DNA of 64,000 nucleotides, taken from a bacterium. Lineage in GTDB: Bacteria > Patescibacteriota > Minisyncoccia > Phycocordibacterales > Zambryskibacteraceae. The stretch spans positions 32,001-96,000 of the forward strand of contig JAUSGI010000008.1 in the NCBI GenBank assembly GCA_030649135.1, read 5' to 3'. A program made the translations under genes and the position numbers. A model generated the notes under the pieces. It had not been told where the DNA came from, ran no database searches, and saw only the letters and a list, made by a program, of their open reading frames with translations. Positions 19,380-28,735 of the stretch are shown here, piece after piece; the stretch's first letter is position 1; each line of letters starts with the position of its first letter.

Positions 19380-19787
19380 TTACCTCTTAGCGATTTCAGA
19401 TTTGCTGAATTTTGCCCAACAAGCCGAAGAGGACATCCACGGCTTAGCGCCCTGCTTCTCGTAGAGGTAACGCGCGTAAGCAACGTTGTCATCGAGGTCA
19501 TGGACGTCTAAACCGAGCTTGTCCGCGGTTTGGGCGTGATAGAAGAGGTTAATCTGCATCACTCCTGTGTCACGGCGGTCCCTTCTCCCTTTTAACACGT
19601 TCCCTTCTGAATTGAATTGGCGGTAACGTGATTCACACTTGGCAATTTCGGCGAGAATAGGAATGTCGGCAAAGTAGTCGTTGATGAATTTCTCAACATT
19701 CTTCGAGTCTGTAATCGGTTGATAGTCTTCGGCTCGCACTTCTTTAGGCATTGGTTCTACCGTTGCCCTCATTTCCCCGGTTGGCAT
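19380..19787 (-). CDS. Lysozyme-like/SLT-type lytic transglycosylase domain protein (small)
   Basis: CESRYRQF...DTGVMQINLFYH resembles the SLT catalytic-Glu block E-S...G-[LV]-M-Q-I. No signal peptide at the annotated ATG. Confidence 0.45.
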   Translation of the reverse strand: MPTGEMRATVEPMPKEVRAEDYQPITDSKNVEKFINDYFADIPILAEIAKCESRYRQFNSEGNVLKGRRDRRDTGVMQINLFYHAQTADKLGLDVHDLDDNVAYARYLYEKQGAKPWMSSSACWAKFSKSEIAKR

Positions 19788-20008
19788 TATAAGCGATGGT
19801 ATCGCAGGTAATACGGCAACGGCGGAAGTTGAGAAGCTAAGGAGAAGACTAATGGTTGTGAGCTGTAAGATAACAGTAGGATAAACTTCTAATTTTAGGT
19901 GTCCGTATCCGTAAGGGCTCCCCTAAATGAAAAAGCCAGCTCTTGCTGACTTACCTACATACTATCACATTCAGCTATTGCTGTCAAGCAATTTAAATGG
20001 TGAAATAT

Positions 20009-20623
20009 TTATGAAGTGGCTCTGTTGAGCCATGGAATTGGATACTGCTTAAAGTCATCCAGACCCGGTTTGTTATAGATTAAACGATAGAGGGCCTCAT
20101 ACTCCCAAATAGCGCCGTTTAGGGCAATATGCGGCTTCGGTTCCGGTGGAATTCCCACGTATATCATAATGGCATCTGAATCTAATGCACTCCTTCTGTC
20201 TTTTACCGGCGGAATGATTCCCCTCTTGAGCATGTGGAATACAGCGATAGAGTGCTGGTCAAAGATACGTCTTTGTAGTTTCTCCTTACTTCTCGCTCGT
20301 CTAGCAGCCGCTTCTACGAATTGGACATCTACATAACAATTTTGGCCGGCTACTGTAATGTCAATCTTGTTACGTAACCAATCAAAAAATTTTAAGGTAA
20401 CTTCTGCCTCGGACTTCTTGCCCGGGTCTCTTATATCCTCTTCCGTATAGCCGTTTCTTAGGAGGGCTTCCGGTTTGACTTCAGCGCCATCCCAAATACG
20501 GCACTCTTCATAGAATCTGTCTTGGGGATTGGAGAAATCAAGGGCTCCTATGGAGACTAAAGAATTTTTCTCCGGATTAAGCCCAGTTGTTTCTACATCA
20601 AGTACAATCATTTTGGCGAGCAA
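20009..20623 (-). CDS. DEDD-family 3'-5' exonuclease (DnaQ/epsilon-like)
   Basis: Exo I motif VLDVETTGLNP. Conserved acidic residues later in the protein. Confidence 0.8.
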   Translation of the reverse strand: MLAKMIVLDVETTGLNPEKNSLVSIGALDFSNPQDRFYEECRIWDGAEVKPEALLRNGYTEEDIRDPGKKSEAEVTLKFFDWLRNKIDITVAGQNCYVDVQFVEAAARRARSKEKLQRRIFDQHSIAVFHMLKRGIIPPVKDRRSALDSDAIMIYVGIPPEPKPHIALNGAIWEYEALYRLIYNKPGLDDFKQYPIPWLNRATS

Positions 20624-21006
20624 TTAGCTGCCAGGGTGTAGCCTGCGGCTAGGGCGTCAGCGGCTGTCGGGAAAACAATTTTATTGCCCTCTTTTATCTG
20701 TTTGGCACCCGAACAATAAAGGTAGTGGTAGCGAGTACCGTTCTTGGATACTACCACCCCGCCGTCGCTACTACTTGGCGGGGCAAGCTTCCCTACTGCG
20801 TTCATAACAGATGCGGTTTCTTCTACAAGACTCTGGTCATATTCAATTCGTATCGGTTCCCTATTCCCTACCACGCTAAGTCTACCGATACCGAAAGAAA
20901 GCAAAGCAACCAAGATAATAGTGAGGGAAAGAAATAATTTCTGGAACAGAGGAAAGCGCTCAATTTTACCCTCCTTGTCATAAGAGACCACTTCTGTTAT
21001 ATTCAT
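20608..21006 (-). CDS. Membrane-anchored protein with C-terminal Ada-like metal-binding motif (degenerate)
   Basis: TM helix LFLSLTIILVALLSFGIG. C-terminus YHYLYCSGAKQIKEGNKIVFPTAADALAAGYTLAANC resembles the Ada_Zn_binding pattern (C..NvvF.s..A.aaG[FY]..C). The start is probably MNITEVV, which avoids overlap with rpmA. Confidence 0.35.
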   Translation of the reverse strand: MNITEVVSYDKEGKIERFPLFQKLFLSLTIILVALLSFGIGRLSVVGNREPIRIEYDQSLVEETASVMNAVGKLAPPSSSDGGVVVSKNGTRYHYLYCSGAKQIKEGNKIVFPTAADALAAGYTLAANCSPK

Positions 21007-21047
21007 AACCGTAATTATACGGTTCGACAAGCTCACCGTAAACAGCC

Positions 21048-21326
21048 ATGGCAACGAAAAAAGCAGGAGGTGCATCCAAAAACGGTCGGGATTCCAACCC
21101 GAAACATCTTGGTATTAAGGTCTCTCCGGGCGGTTCTGCCCGGGTAGGCTCTGTCCTCGTACGCCAGCGCGGCTCCGATGTGTTGGCTGGTAAAAATGTC
21201 TCAATGGGTAAAGACCATACTCTCTTTGCCATCAAAGATGGCGTAGTCTCTATTAGTTACAAACGCCTAGTTCACTTTGATAACTCTGTTATAAAAAAGA
21301 AAGTTATGAGTGTTGTGCCTTCCTAA
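21048..21326 (+). CDS. rpmA: 50S ribosomal protein L27
   Basis: [25 protein letters not shown]...[15 protein letters not shown] matches the L27 consensus. Confidence 0.9.
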   Translation: MATKKAGGASKNGRDSNPKHLGIKVSPGGSARVGSVLVRQRGSDVLAGKNVSMGKDHTLFAIKDGVVSISYKRLVHFDNSVIKKKVMSVVPS

Positions 21327-21570
21327 ATTTTTCAAGCGCTTCGTGCTTTTCTTGACGTTTGGCTAACTTTTCATTCACCTCTTTCTCTTCTATTGCTCTA
21401 CTTTTCTCACTCTGTTCTTTCATTTGTCTTATCATATTTAAAGAAGTCGGATTTACAGGCATTGCTAGATTTTTGGGAATTAAGAAATTATTTGCGTAGC
21501 CGTCAGAGATATTTTTTTCTTCAAACTTCTTCCCCACCCCTTTGATATCTGTGAGTAAAATAACTTTCAT
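21304..21570 (-). CDS. rplI: 50S ribosomal protein L9, N-terminal domain only (truncated form)
   Basis: [38 protein letters not shown] is the L9 N-domain. Only 88 aa; the C-terminal domain is absent. Confidence 0.8.
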   Translation of the reverse strand: MKVILLTDIKGVGKKFEEKNISDGYANNFLIPKNLAMPVNPTSLNMIRQMKEQSEKSRAIEEKEVNEKLAKRQEKHEALEKFRKAQHS

Positions 21571-21573
21571 ATC

Positions 21574-22794
21574 CTATTGTGTTAGAATTTCAACAGCTTT
21601 TTGTAGTTGTGGGTCACGGCCCGCTTCCCTATCGGCTGTACTATATTTAACGAGAAATTGTGGCTCGATACCGTCTTGGGAAATAGAAAGGCCATTGGGG
21701 GTTAGCCAGCGGGCTATGGTAATCTTCAGAGAAGTTTCCGAAGTGATGTCCACTAATTCTTGGACGGACCCCTTACCGAAAGTCTTGTCCCCTACCAGAA
21801 TTGCTCTGCCGTGTTCCGCAAGAGCTCCAGCCAATATCTCGGATGCCGAAGCGGAGCCTCTGTCTACCAAAATCACAAATTTCAGCGCCTCGTTGAAGAT
21901 GTCGTAGCCCTTACTTCGATAAACTTTCTCTTCTCTTGATGGGCCGAAATCTTCTCTGACTACGACCTTGCTCGGAGGCAGAAACCAACTGGCCATGTCT
22001 ATCGCGGCCTCAAGGTACCCACCGGGATTGCCCCGTAGGTCAAGGAGAAGCTTATCGCTGTCAGAGAGGATAAATTCTCGCAGGGCAGCCCGGAAGAAGT
22101 TCGGAGATTGAGCCGAGAAGCTATAAAGTTCTATGACGAAAACACCCCCGGGCAATTCTCGGGTACTGAGGGTAGGAATATTTATTACTTCCCGAACCAC
22201 CTTAATATCAAGCGGCTCTTTGGCGCCGTTTCTGATAATAGTGAGCGCCACACTAGTGCCCTTTGGTCCGCGGATAATCTGGACGGCCTTCTCGGTAGAG
22301 AGGTTGGCTGTATCTTTGTTGTTGATTTTGACGATTCTGTCACCGGCCATGATACCGGCTCTCGAAGCTGGTGAGTCCTTGAGTGGTGCAATCACGATGA
22401 TGGCGCCATCTTTGGCGACTACTTCCATACCCACCCCTTCAAAGTTCCCTCGGATGTCGGATTCAAAAAGTGCAGATTCTACGGGGGGAAAAAATACTGT
22501 ATAAGGGTCGCCGAGTGATACCGTCAATCCTTGGATGGCTCCCCAAACTCTTTCCTGGTTGTCCACCTTCTGGGCGGTAGTACTGGCAGATACATACTTT
22601 TCATCGATGAGATTCCAAGCTTTCCAAAAGGGTGCGAAGTCCACATCAACTGGCTTGCCTTCGGTTTGGTTTTCTATTCCGGCCACTGTCGTGGACGGAC
22701 TGTTTTCTCCAGAGTTGAAGCCAAGGTTAAAAGAGCCGACAGCGATAATCACTCCGAGGACCAAGAGTGCGGCATGTCTCTTTAAAAATTCCAT
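21574..22794 (-). CDS. ctpA: C-terminal processing (tail-specific) peptidase, S41 family, with PDZ domain
   Basis: LDLRGNPGGYLEAAIDMASWFL and GSASASEILAGALAEHGRAILVG. TM anchor MEFLKRHAALLVLGVIIAVG. The start is probably M at 22794. Confidence 0.85.
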   Translation of the reverse strand: MEFLKRHAALLVLGVIIAVGSFNLGFNSGENSPSTTVAGIENQTEGKPVDVDFAPFWKAWNLIDEKYVSASTTAQKVDNQERVWGAIQGLTVSLGDPYTVFFPPVESALFESDIRGNFEGVGMEVVAKDGAIIVIAPLKDSPASRAGIMAGDRIVKINNKDTANLSTEKAVQIIRGPKGTSVALTIIRNGAKEPLDIKVVREVINIPTLSTRELPGGVFVIELYSFSAQSPNFFRAALREFILSDSDKLLLDLRGNPGGYLEAAIDMASWFLPPSKVVVREDFGPSREEKVYRSKGYDIFNEALKFVILVDRGSASASEILAGALAEHGRAILVGDKTFGKGSVQELVDITSETSLKITIARWLTPNGLSISQDGIEPQFLVKYSTADREAGRDPQLQKAVEILTQ

Positions 22795-22822
22795 TTTAGG
22801 TATTCTATCATATAATACAGAC

Positions 22823-24004
22823 GTGGCTATAAAACTACACAATACTCTGACAGGTTCGCTTGAGGCATTTGAGCCTCTCAAATCCGGTAAGGTCGGGATG
22901 TTTGTCTGTGGACCGACTGTCTACGATTTCTCACACTTAGGCCATGCGAAGACATACATTCAGTTTGACTTCCTCGCCCGTTATCTGGGTTACATGGGCT
23001 ATGAAGTGACGTATGTGCAAAATATTACTGATATAGACGACAAGATAATAGAGCGTGCTCGTGAAAAAAATGTCGAACCAAACATGTTGGCAGAGGAGTA
23101 TGAGAGATATTATCTCGAAGATATGGCGGCGCTCAATAATATTAGTGTCGATAAATACGCAAGGGCCCATGATTATATTCCGCAAATTGTCGACCAAGTG
23201 AAACGCCTATTGGCGAAGGATATGGCGTATCGCATTTCCGATGGATATTATTTTGATATCAAACAGTTCGAAGATTACGGAAGGTTATCGGGACGTTTAT
23301 CGTTGGAGCCCGGCGATGCGGTATCTAGAATTGATGAAAACCAGGAGAAAAGAAACCCCGGCGATTTTTGTCTCTGGAAGTTTCGAAAGGAAGATGACCC
23401 ATATTGGTCAACAGAACTTGGTGAAGGTCGCCCGGGCTGGCATATAGAAGATACGGCTATTACCGAAAGCGAACTTGGTCCCCAATACGATATCCACGGC
23501 GGCTCAATGGATTTAATTTTTCCGCACCATGAAGCGGAGATCGCTCAAATGGAATCGGCGTCGGGTCTGAAACCCATGGTTAAGTACTGGTTACATACAG
23601 GATTTCTGAATGTTAAAACCGAAAAAATGTCCAAAAGTTTGGGTAACTTCATTACCATTAGAGCGGTAACAGAGAAAGGTGTTTCCCCGTTGGCACTAAG
23701 ATATCTCTTTCTGCTATCTCACTACCGCACTCCGACCAACTTCAGCTTCGAAGCACTTGAAGCGGCGGAAAATGCCTATAACAGATTAAAGAAATTTGTA
23801 GCCGGCTTGTTGGGCACAGGAGTTGTAGACGAAAGTTACAAACAAAAATTTACGGAAAAGTTGGAAAACGATCTCAATACACCGCAGGCCTTGGCTGTAG
23901 TTTGGGGTCTAATTAAAGATAAAGACATCTCACCGGAGGATAAACTGGCCACTATTTTGGATTTCGATAAAGTACTTGGGCTGGGACTTGAATATAAAAA
24001 ATGA
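22823..24004 (+). CDS. cysS: Cysteinyl-tRNA synthetase
   Basis: MFVCGPTVYDFSHLGHAKTY (HIGH) and KMSKSLGN. The conserved N-terminus KLHNTLTGS.EAFEP places the start near an in-frame GTG at 22823. The track ORF extends further 5' and would overlap divergent ctpA. Confidence 0.8.
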   Translation: MAIKLHNTLTGSLEAFEPLKSGKVGMFVCGPTVYDFSHLGHAKTYIQFDFLARYLGYMGYEVTYVQNITDIDDKIIERAREKNVEPNMLAEEYERYYLEDMAALNNISVDKYARAHDYIPQIVDQVKRLLAKDMAYRISDGYYFDIKQFEDYGRLSGRLSLEPGDAVSRIDENQEKRNPGDFCLWKFRKEDDPYWSTELGEGRPGWHIEDTAITESELGPQYDIHGGSMDLIFPHHEAEIAQMESASGLKPMVKYWLHTGFLNVKTEKMSKSLGNFITIRAVTEKGVSPLALRYLFLLSHYRTPTNFSFEALEAAENAYNRLKKFVAGLLGTGVVDESYKQKFTEKLENDLNTPQALAVVWGLIKDKDISPEDKLATILDFDKVLGLGLEYKK

Positions 24005-24038
24005 CCCTCGGTTCGCATGAGCGCAACCGAGGGTCCAA
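24005..24038 (+). terminator. Rho-independent terminator after cysS
   Basis: accctcggttcgcatgagcgcaaccgagggt hairpin followed by a T-rich tract. Confidence 0.6.
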
Positions 24039-24065
24039 ATTCTTCTTCATTGTTGAGAATGGTTG

Positions 24066-24242
24066 CTACTTCTCGGGTGTGCTGAAGATAACCGCTCGAG
24101 CGATGCCGTTGCTATACGACGTGTCGGTGACCGAGTGAATTTCCACATTGGTGCCAAGATCTTCCTCAACCATCCTGTCGAGAATGGTGAGTGCTCGCGA
24201 CTCCCCATCGAATCGCCCCGCCCAGTATGTTTTTACTCGCAT
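24066..24242 (-). CDS. Small hypothetical protein (58 aa), GC-rich
   Basis: MRVKTYWAGRFDGESRALTILDRMVEEDLGTNVEIHSVTDTSYSNGIARAVIFSTPEK. No family recognised. Divergent from dnaB. Confidence 0.3.
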   Translation of the reverse strand: MRVKTYWAGRFDGESRALTILDRMVEEDLGTNVEIHSVTDTSYSNGIARAVIFSTPEK

Positions 24243-24396
24243 GGTCTGTCCCCCTAGGAGAAGTGCGTTGCATCTGGTAGAGTCATACGCCCAAAGCAGG
24301 TTTGTGTCAAGAATGCGGGTTCTCCACAACTTACACACCAACTTTTACACCTTTGTCAGCTTGCCCCGCCATGGCGGGGGTTGCTACCATTGTGGT

Positions 24397-25815
24397 ATGC
24401 AGGTACTAACTCTCGACGACAAAACTGGTTTGCGGATTCCGCCACACAGCATGGAGGCGGAGATGGCGTTACTTGGTTCTATCATGCTTCGTCCTGACGC
24501 TATTTATGACGTGCTCGATATTGTTACGCCAGCTTCGTTTTATTTCGAGAAACACAAAACCATTTTTGAGACTATGCTTGAATTGTTCGGCAAGCACAAT
24601 CCGATAGACATTCTTTCTCTTTCTTCGAGACTCAAAGAAAAGGATTTGCTCGAACGCCTTGGTGGGACTACATACTTAACCGAACTTTCTTCTGCGGTGC
24701 CATCTTCGGCAAACGCTAAACATTACGCCGAAATCGTGATGAAAAAGTTTATGATGCGCCAGCTCATAGAGGCTTCCGAGCATCTTTCCCATCTCGGCTT
24801 CGATGAATCCGGCGACTTGGAGGAAATCCTCGACCAAGCGGAGAAAAAAGTTTTTGACATTACCGAACGCTTCGCCGGTTCTGCCCGTTTCAGAGATCTC
24901 GTGCCACTCTTGGCCGAAGCATTTGAACGCTTCGAAAAACTCTCTTCGGCGGAGCACGAACTACGTGGCGTGCCGACGGGTTTCAAGTCGCTTGATGACA
25001 TCTTGGGTGGTTTCCAGAACTCCGACCTTATCATTATCGCCGCCCGTCCCTCTGTCGGTAAGACGGCCTTGGCTCTTGATATTGCCAGGCGTACGGCCAG
25101 TCTCCACCAAACCCCTGTAGGCATTTTTTCTCTTGAGATGAGCTCTGACCAGCTTGTTGACCGTATTGTGGCGGCTCAATCACGCACAGACTCTTCTGTC
25201 ATTAGGAAAGGTATACGTACTCAAACCGGCACTTGGCGTGATGATGTTTTCAAAAATATTCGTGACGCGCTCGATGAACTCTCGCGCACGCCTATCTACA
25301 TTGATGACCAACCGGGTAACACCATTATGAAAATGCGTTCGGCGGCTCGTAAGCTGAAAATTGAAAAAGGGCTCAAACTTCTGGTCGTTGATTATCTCCA
25401 ACTCATGGCACCTTCCACAGCGCGCATGAATGACTCAATGGTCCAGCAAGTCACGGAGATTTCCCGCTCGCTGAAACATCTTGCTCGTGAACTCAATATC
25501 CCGGTAGTAGCACTTTCTCAGCTTTCCCGCGCAGTGGAAACTCGCGGCGGCAAGCCCAAGCTCTCCGACCTGCGGGATTCCGGGTCCATTGAACAGGATG
25601 CTGACTTGGTGATGTTCATTCATTCCAATGAGGATGATATTCGCGACGAGAATGGCAAGATGAAAGAGGTTCAAAGGAAGGAACTCATCATCGCCAAGCA
25701 TAGAAATGGCCCTCTAGGTGTTGCCACACTCGACTATCACACCCGCTTCAATACTTTCGTTGAAATAGATTACTCAAATTACGGTAAAGCCGAAGAAGAA
25801 TTTAATAATTTATAA
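24397..25815 (+). CDS. dnaB: Replicative DNA helicase
   Basis: N-domain LRIPPHSMEAEMALLGSIML. Walker A ARPSVGKTALALDIA. RecA-like core. ATG at 24397 (MQVLTLDD); the track ORF starts upstream at 24148. Confidence 0.9.
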   Translation: MQVLTLDDKTGLRIPPHSMEAEMALLGSIMLRPDAIYDVLDIVTPASFYFEKHKTIFETMLELFGKHNPIDILSLSSRLKEKDLLERLGGTTYLTELSSAVPSSANAKHYAEIVMKKFMMRQLIEASEHLSHLGFDESGDLEEILDQAEKKVFDITERFAGSARFRDLVPLLAEAFERFEKLSSAEHELRGVPTGFKSLDDILGGFQNSDLIIIAARPSVGKTALALDIARRTASLHQTPVGIFSLEMSSDQLVDRIVAAQSRTDSSVIRKGIRTQTGTWRDDVFKNIRDALDELSRTPIYIDDQPGNTIMKMRSAARKLKIEKGLKLLVVDYLQLMAPSTARMNDSMVQQVTEISRSLKHLARELNIPVVALSQLSRAVETRGGKPKLSDLRDSGSIEQDADLVMFIHSNEDDIRDENGKMKEVQRKELIIAKHRNGPLGVATLDYHTRFNTFVEIDYSNYGKAEEEFNNL

Positions 25816-25820
25816 ACCGG

Positions 25821-26423
25821 ATGAATTCGATAGATAAACTGTCAGAAATATTCGCCCGTTTTCCCGGTATCGGACCGAGACAGGCTAAACGCTTTGTTTA
25901 CTTTCTGCTTTCCAGAAATGGTGACTACAGTAGTGAATTGGTGAAAGCGGTCCAAAGTCTCAAGAAGGAAATTATCCAGTGCGAGGGATGCATGAGGTTC
26001 TTTGCAGGGAATGGTCAAGTCTCGAAGCTCTGCTCAATCTGCGCGGATGATGCCAGGGACAGTTCAATGCTTATGATTGTGCCGCGAGATATTGATTTTG
26101 AAGCGATCGAGCGGAGCGGCAGTTATAAGGGCTACTATTTTATTTTAGGCGGTGTTGTTCCCATACTTGAAAAAGAACCGGAGAAAAGAATCAGGATTAA
26201 GGAACTTGAAAAAAGAATCAAAAGCAGTGAAAACCTTAAGGAAATTATTTTAGCGATGAATGCTAATCTGGATGGCGAGAATACCGCCGAATTTATCAAA
26301 CAAAAATACCAAGGCATTGTCTTGGTATTTTCCACTTTGGGGAAGGGCCTTTCGACCGGTGCCGAGCTCGAGTATGCCGACCCCGAGACTCTCAAAAACG
26401 CCTTTTTGCATAGGACCAAGTAG
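25821..26423 (+). CDS. recR: Recombination protein RecR
   Basis: HhH FPGIGPRQAKRFVYFLL. C4 zinc finger CEGC...CSIC. Toprim with DGENTAEFI. Confidence 0.9.
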   Translation: MNSIDKLSEIFARFPGIGPRQAKRFVYFLLSRNGDYSSELVKAVQSLKKEIIQCEGCMRFFAGNGQVSKLCSICADDARDSSMLMIVPRDIDFEAIERSGSYKGYYFILGGVVPILEKEPEKRIRIKELEKRIKSSENLKEIILAMNANLDGENTAEFIKQKYQGIVLVFSTLGKGLSTGAELEYADPETLKNAFLHRTK

Positions 26424-26500
26424 ACTGTTGACTTTTCTTCAAAAAGAGAGTATTATTCAGATAGACGAAATGCATCTCCCCACTGACTGAGGAGACTCCG

Positions 26501-26944
26501 ATGACAGAGAGATTCTCTCCCCACTTTCACCCCTGTGGTGGTCACCACGTCCACCTTGTCACGGGGCCAGGTTTTGGTGCCTCGGCGCCCTTCGCTTCTA
26601 TCCCGGCAGGAGAGTGCGTCATCGAAGGGGCCACCGACCGGAACGACCCTCAAGATGTTGAAGATGCAGCTCGACTCAAGAAGGAGCTTGGTGGTCTTAA
26701 GCTCCGCGCCGAAAGAGGACGAGCCAGAGGACTCTACTCTCATGCCAAGTGGCCCGACCAACTCGTTCCATACTGGACGGACTTCATCAACAACAAGCTG
26801 GCACCTAGGGAGTCCGCCGTTTTTGGTACATTTGCCTGCGATTTCGTGGGCAGGTGCGTGCGGGAAACGGATGGTGGTGACCCGCAGGGAGTTCTGCGGG
26901 TCAAAAAGGTCAGTGAGGTGCTAAGGCCAAAGGTTTCGGTCTAG
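26501..26944 (+). CDS. Hypothetical protein in GC-rich islet
   Basis: SD GAGGAG before the ATG. A + strand terminator follows. No recognisable domain. Confidence 0.4.
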   Translation: MTERFSPHFHPCGGHHVHLVTGPGFGASAPFASIPAGECVIEGATDRNDPQDVEDAARLKKELGGLKLRAERGRARGLYSHAKWPDQLVPYWTDFINNKLAPRESAVFGTFACDFVGRCVRETDGGDPQGVLRVKKVSEVLRPKVSV

Positions 26945-26949
26945 CATCT

Positions 26950-26995
26950 CGCAGGCGAGCGAGCCCCGACAGAGCCCCGTGCAATCTGCACGACC
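26950..26995 (+). terminator. Rho-independent terminator
   Basis: gagccccgtgcaatctgcacgacctttgcgcggggctc then ttttattt. Confidence 0.5.
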
Positions 26996-27011
26996 TTTGC
27001 GCGGGGCTCTT

Positions 27012-27404
27012 TTATTTAATCGAATCTATTTTAATTTCGAAGTAGGGTTGGCGGTGGCCGTATTTTTTGTAGTAGCGCGACTTCTGTTTGTATTTGATAA
27101 CGTCAATAGTTTTATATCTGGCTATTTTAGCTAAAGTAGCTTTTACTTCCGCACCCTTAATAAATGGTGTACCAATAGTGGCCTCGCTTGCGCCATCATC
27201 CACCAACAGCACTTTATCAAAGACGAGTTTGTCCCCTTCTTTATACTCATCACCAAGTTTCTCAATTTTGACCTTATCCCCCACTACCACGCGATATTGT
27301 TTGCCACCGGTAGTAAAGACGGCATAAAGAGCCTTGGTAGGCTTTTGGGGAGCCTTAGGGGTGGTTTTCTTAACTGCTTTTATAGGCGTTTTACTCTCTT
27401 CCAT
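27012..27404 (-). CDS. rplU: 50S ribosomal protein L21 with N-terminal Lys/Pro-rich extension
   Basis: YAVFTTGGKQYRVVVGDKVKIEKL...KYKQKSRYYKKYGHRQPYFEIKI matches L21. Confidence 0.9.
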   Translation of the reverse strand: MEESKTPIKAVKKTTPKAPQKPTKALYAVFTTGGKQYRVVVGDKVKIEKLGDEYKEGDKLVFDKVLLVDDGASEATIGTPFIKGAEVKATLAKIARYKTIDVIKYKQKSRYYKKYGHRQPYFEIKIDSIK

Positions 27405-27411
27405 AAGAAGC

Positions 27412-28461
27412 TTATTCTACTGAAGGTTTGTCCAATGTCAATGTTTCTAATCCTATTCCCTCACCAGAAATTCTTACTATATCCTTATCTATATTTCTGA
27501 ACTCTTTGTGAGAGGTATTGTAATGATTTACTACGACTCCTAAAGCATTTCCTAGCTTTCCATGCGCTTCTTGATAGGCGGCAAGGTGTCTCTGTAAATT
27601 CCCCACATTCTTTATGACGTCCTTTACGGTTTCCTCTATATGCAGAGCCTTTAAGCCTTGTAGTACAGTCTGGAGGTAAGCCAAGAAAGAGGTTGGTGAG
27701 ACGATGAGAACGTGGTGTTTGGAAGCGGCGCGCTGGATGAGCGACTCAGTATCTTCTTTGAGCATTCCAATTTTATTGACGATAAGGTCGTAATAAATTG
27801 CCTCGTGCGGAATGAACATAAAGGCAAAATCCATAGTCCCCTGCCCAGGCTGGATATATTTCGAAGTCTCGGTGATCCGGTTTTTGAGATCATTGACGAA
27901 TGATTTTTCCCGTTTTTCTTTTTCTATCGGGTCTTTCTCTTCTACGAGGCGGTTGTAGTTCTCGAGTGAGAATTTGGAATCGATTGGGATGATTTTATCT
28001 TTCACAAAAACCGCAGCATCGACGATTGTGCCGTCTGGAAAGGCGTATTGCATCTGGTAGCTGCCAGCAGGTAAAACGTTCTTAAGGAGCGTTTCGAGAT
28101 AATACTCACCAAGAACACCTCGCTGCTTAGGGTTCTTTAAGATTTCCTGGAGGCTTTGGAGCTGGTCGGCAAATGATACTACCTGCTTGTTTGTCTCATC
28201 GAGCTTGGTCAGTCCCTGAGTTACTTCTTTAATGAGCTTAGCGGATTCACCGAACTGGGCCCTAACAGAGTCATTCATTAGGCGGGTACTTTCGGACATC
28301 TTGTTATCTACCGTCCGGGAGAGTTCATTGAGCTGAGTCAGTAAAAGATTAAGTCCTTCACTTCCCTCCTTCTTTTTCTTGAGCTCTCGATAGAAGAAGA
28401 AAAGGGCTGTCGCATTCACCAAAACTAGAATAATGCCTGTGATTAGAGTGGAAGTGGTCAT
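27412..28461 (-). CDS. rmuC: DNA recombination protein RmuC
   Basis: N-terminal TM; coiled coil; GEYYLETLL, FIPHEAIYY and TSFLAYLQTV are the RmuC conserved blocks. Confidence 0.85.
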   Translation of the reverse strand: MTTSTLITGIILVLVNATALFFFYRELKKKKEGSEGLNLLLTQLNELSRTVDNKMSESTRLMNDSVRAQFGESAKLIKEVTQGLTKLDETNKQVVSFADQLQSLQEILKNPKQRGVLGEYYLETLLKNVLPAGSYQMQYAFPDGTIVDAAVFVKDKIIPIDSKFSLENYNRLVEEKDPIEKEKREKSFVNDLKNRITETSKYIQPGQGTMDFAFMFIPHEAIYYDLIVNKIGMLKEDTESLIQRAASKHHVLIVSPTSFLAYLQTVLQGLKALHIEETVKDVIKNVGNLQRHLAAYQEAHGKLGNALGVVVNHYNTSHKEFRNIDKDIVRISGEGIGLETLTLDKPSVE

Positions 28462-28735
28462 TTATAGTTTTTTAATTCTTTAATAAGTACGATACAGACT
28501 GCCAGGGCTATGATTAGCCCAATAACATAAGCCATATTTAACTTTGGTTAATTTCTCGTTATTAATCCCTCTCTCAAGGAAAATCGGCCTAAAACTTCGA
28601 TTGAGAGTATCACCCTTTCGCTTCTCGTACCCGGGTGCTCTCGTTCTTGGAGTTAATTTCAGCAGATTGTTGAGATTATGTTTACGGTATCATCAGACAG
28701 TTTCTTTTGCAAGTGGAAAAGGATAGAATGGAATC

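Noticed and set aside
24148-24396. 5' extension of the dnaB ORF (83 extra codons) and similar extensions of fba (57587..58699), ogt-like (29425..29865), cysS (22535..) and pyrF (15881..)
   Set aside because: The extensions lack conservation and overlap neighbouring genes or GC-shifted spacer. Conserved N-termini and SD sequences place the starts downstream.
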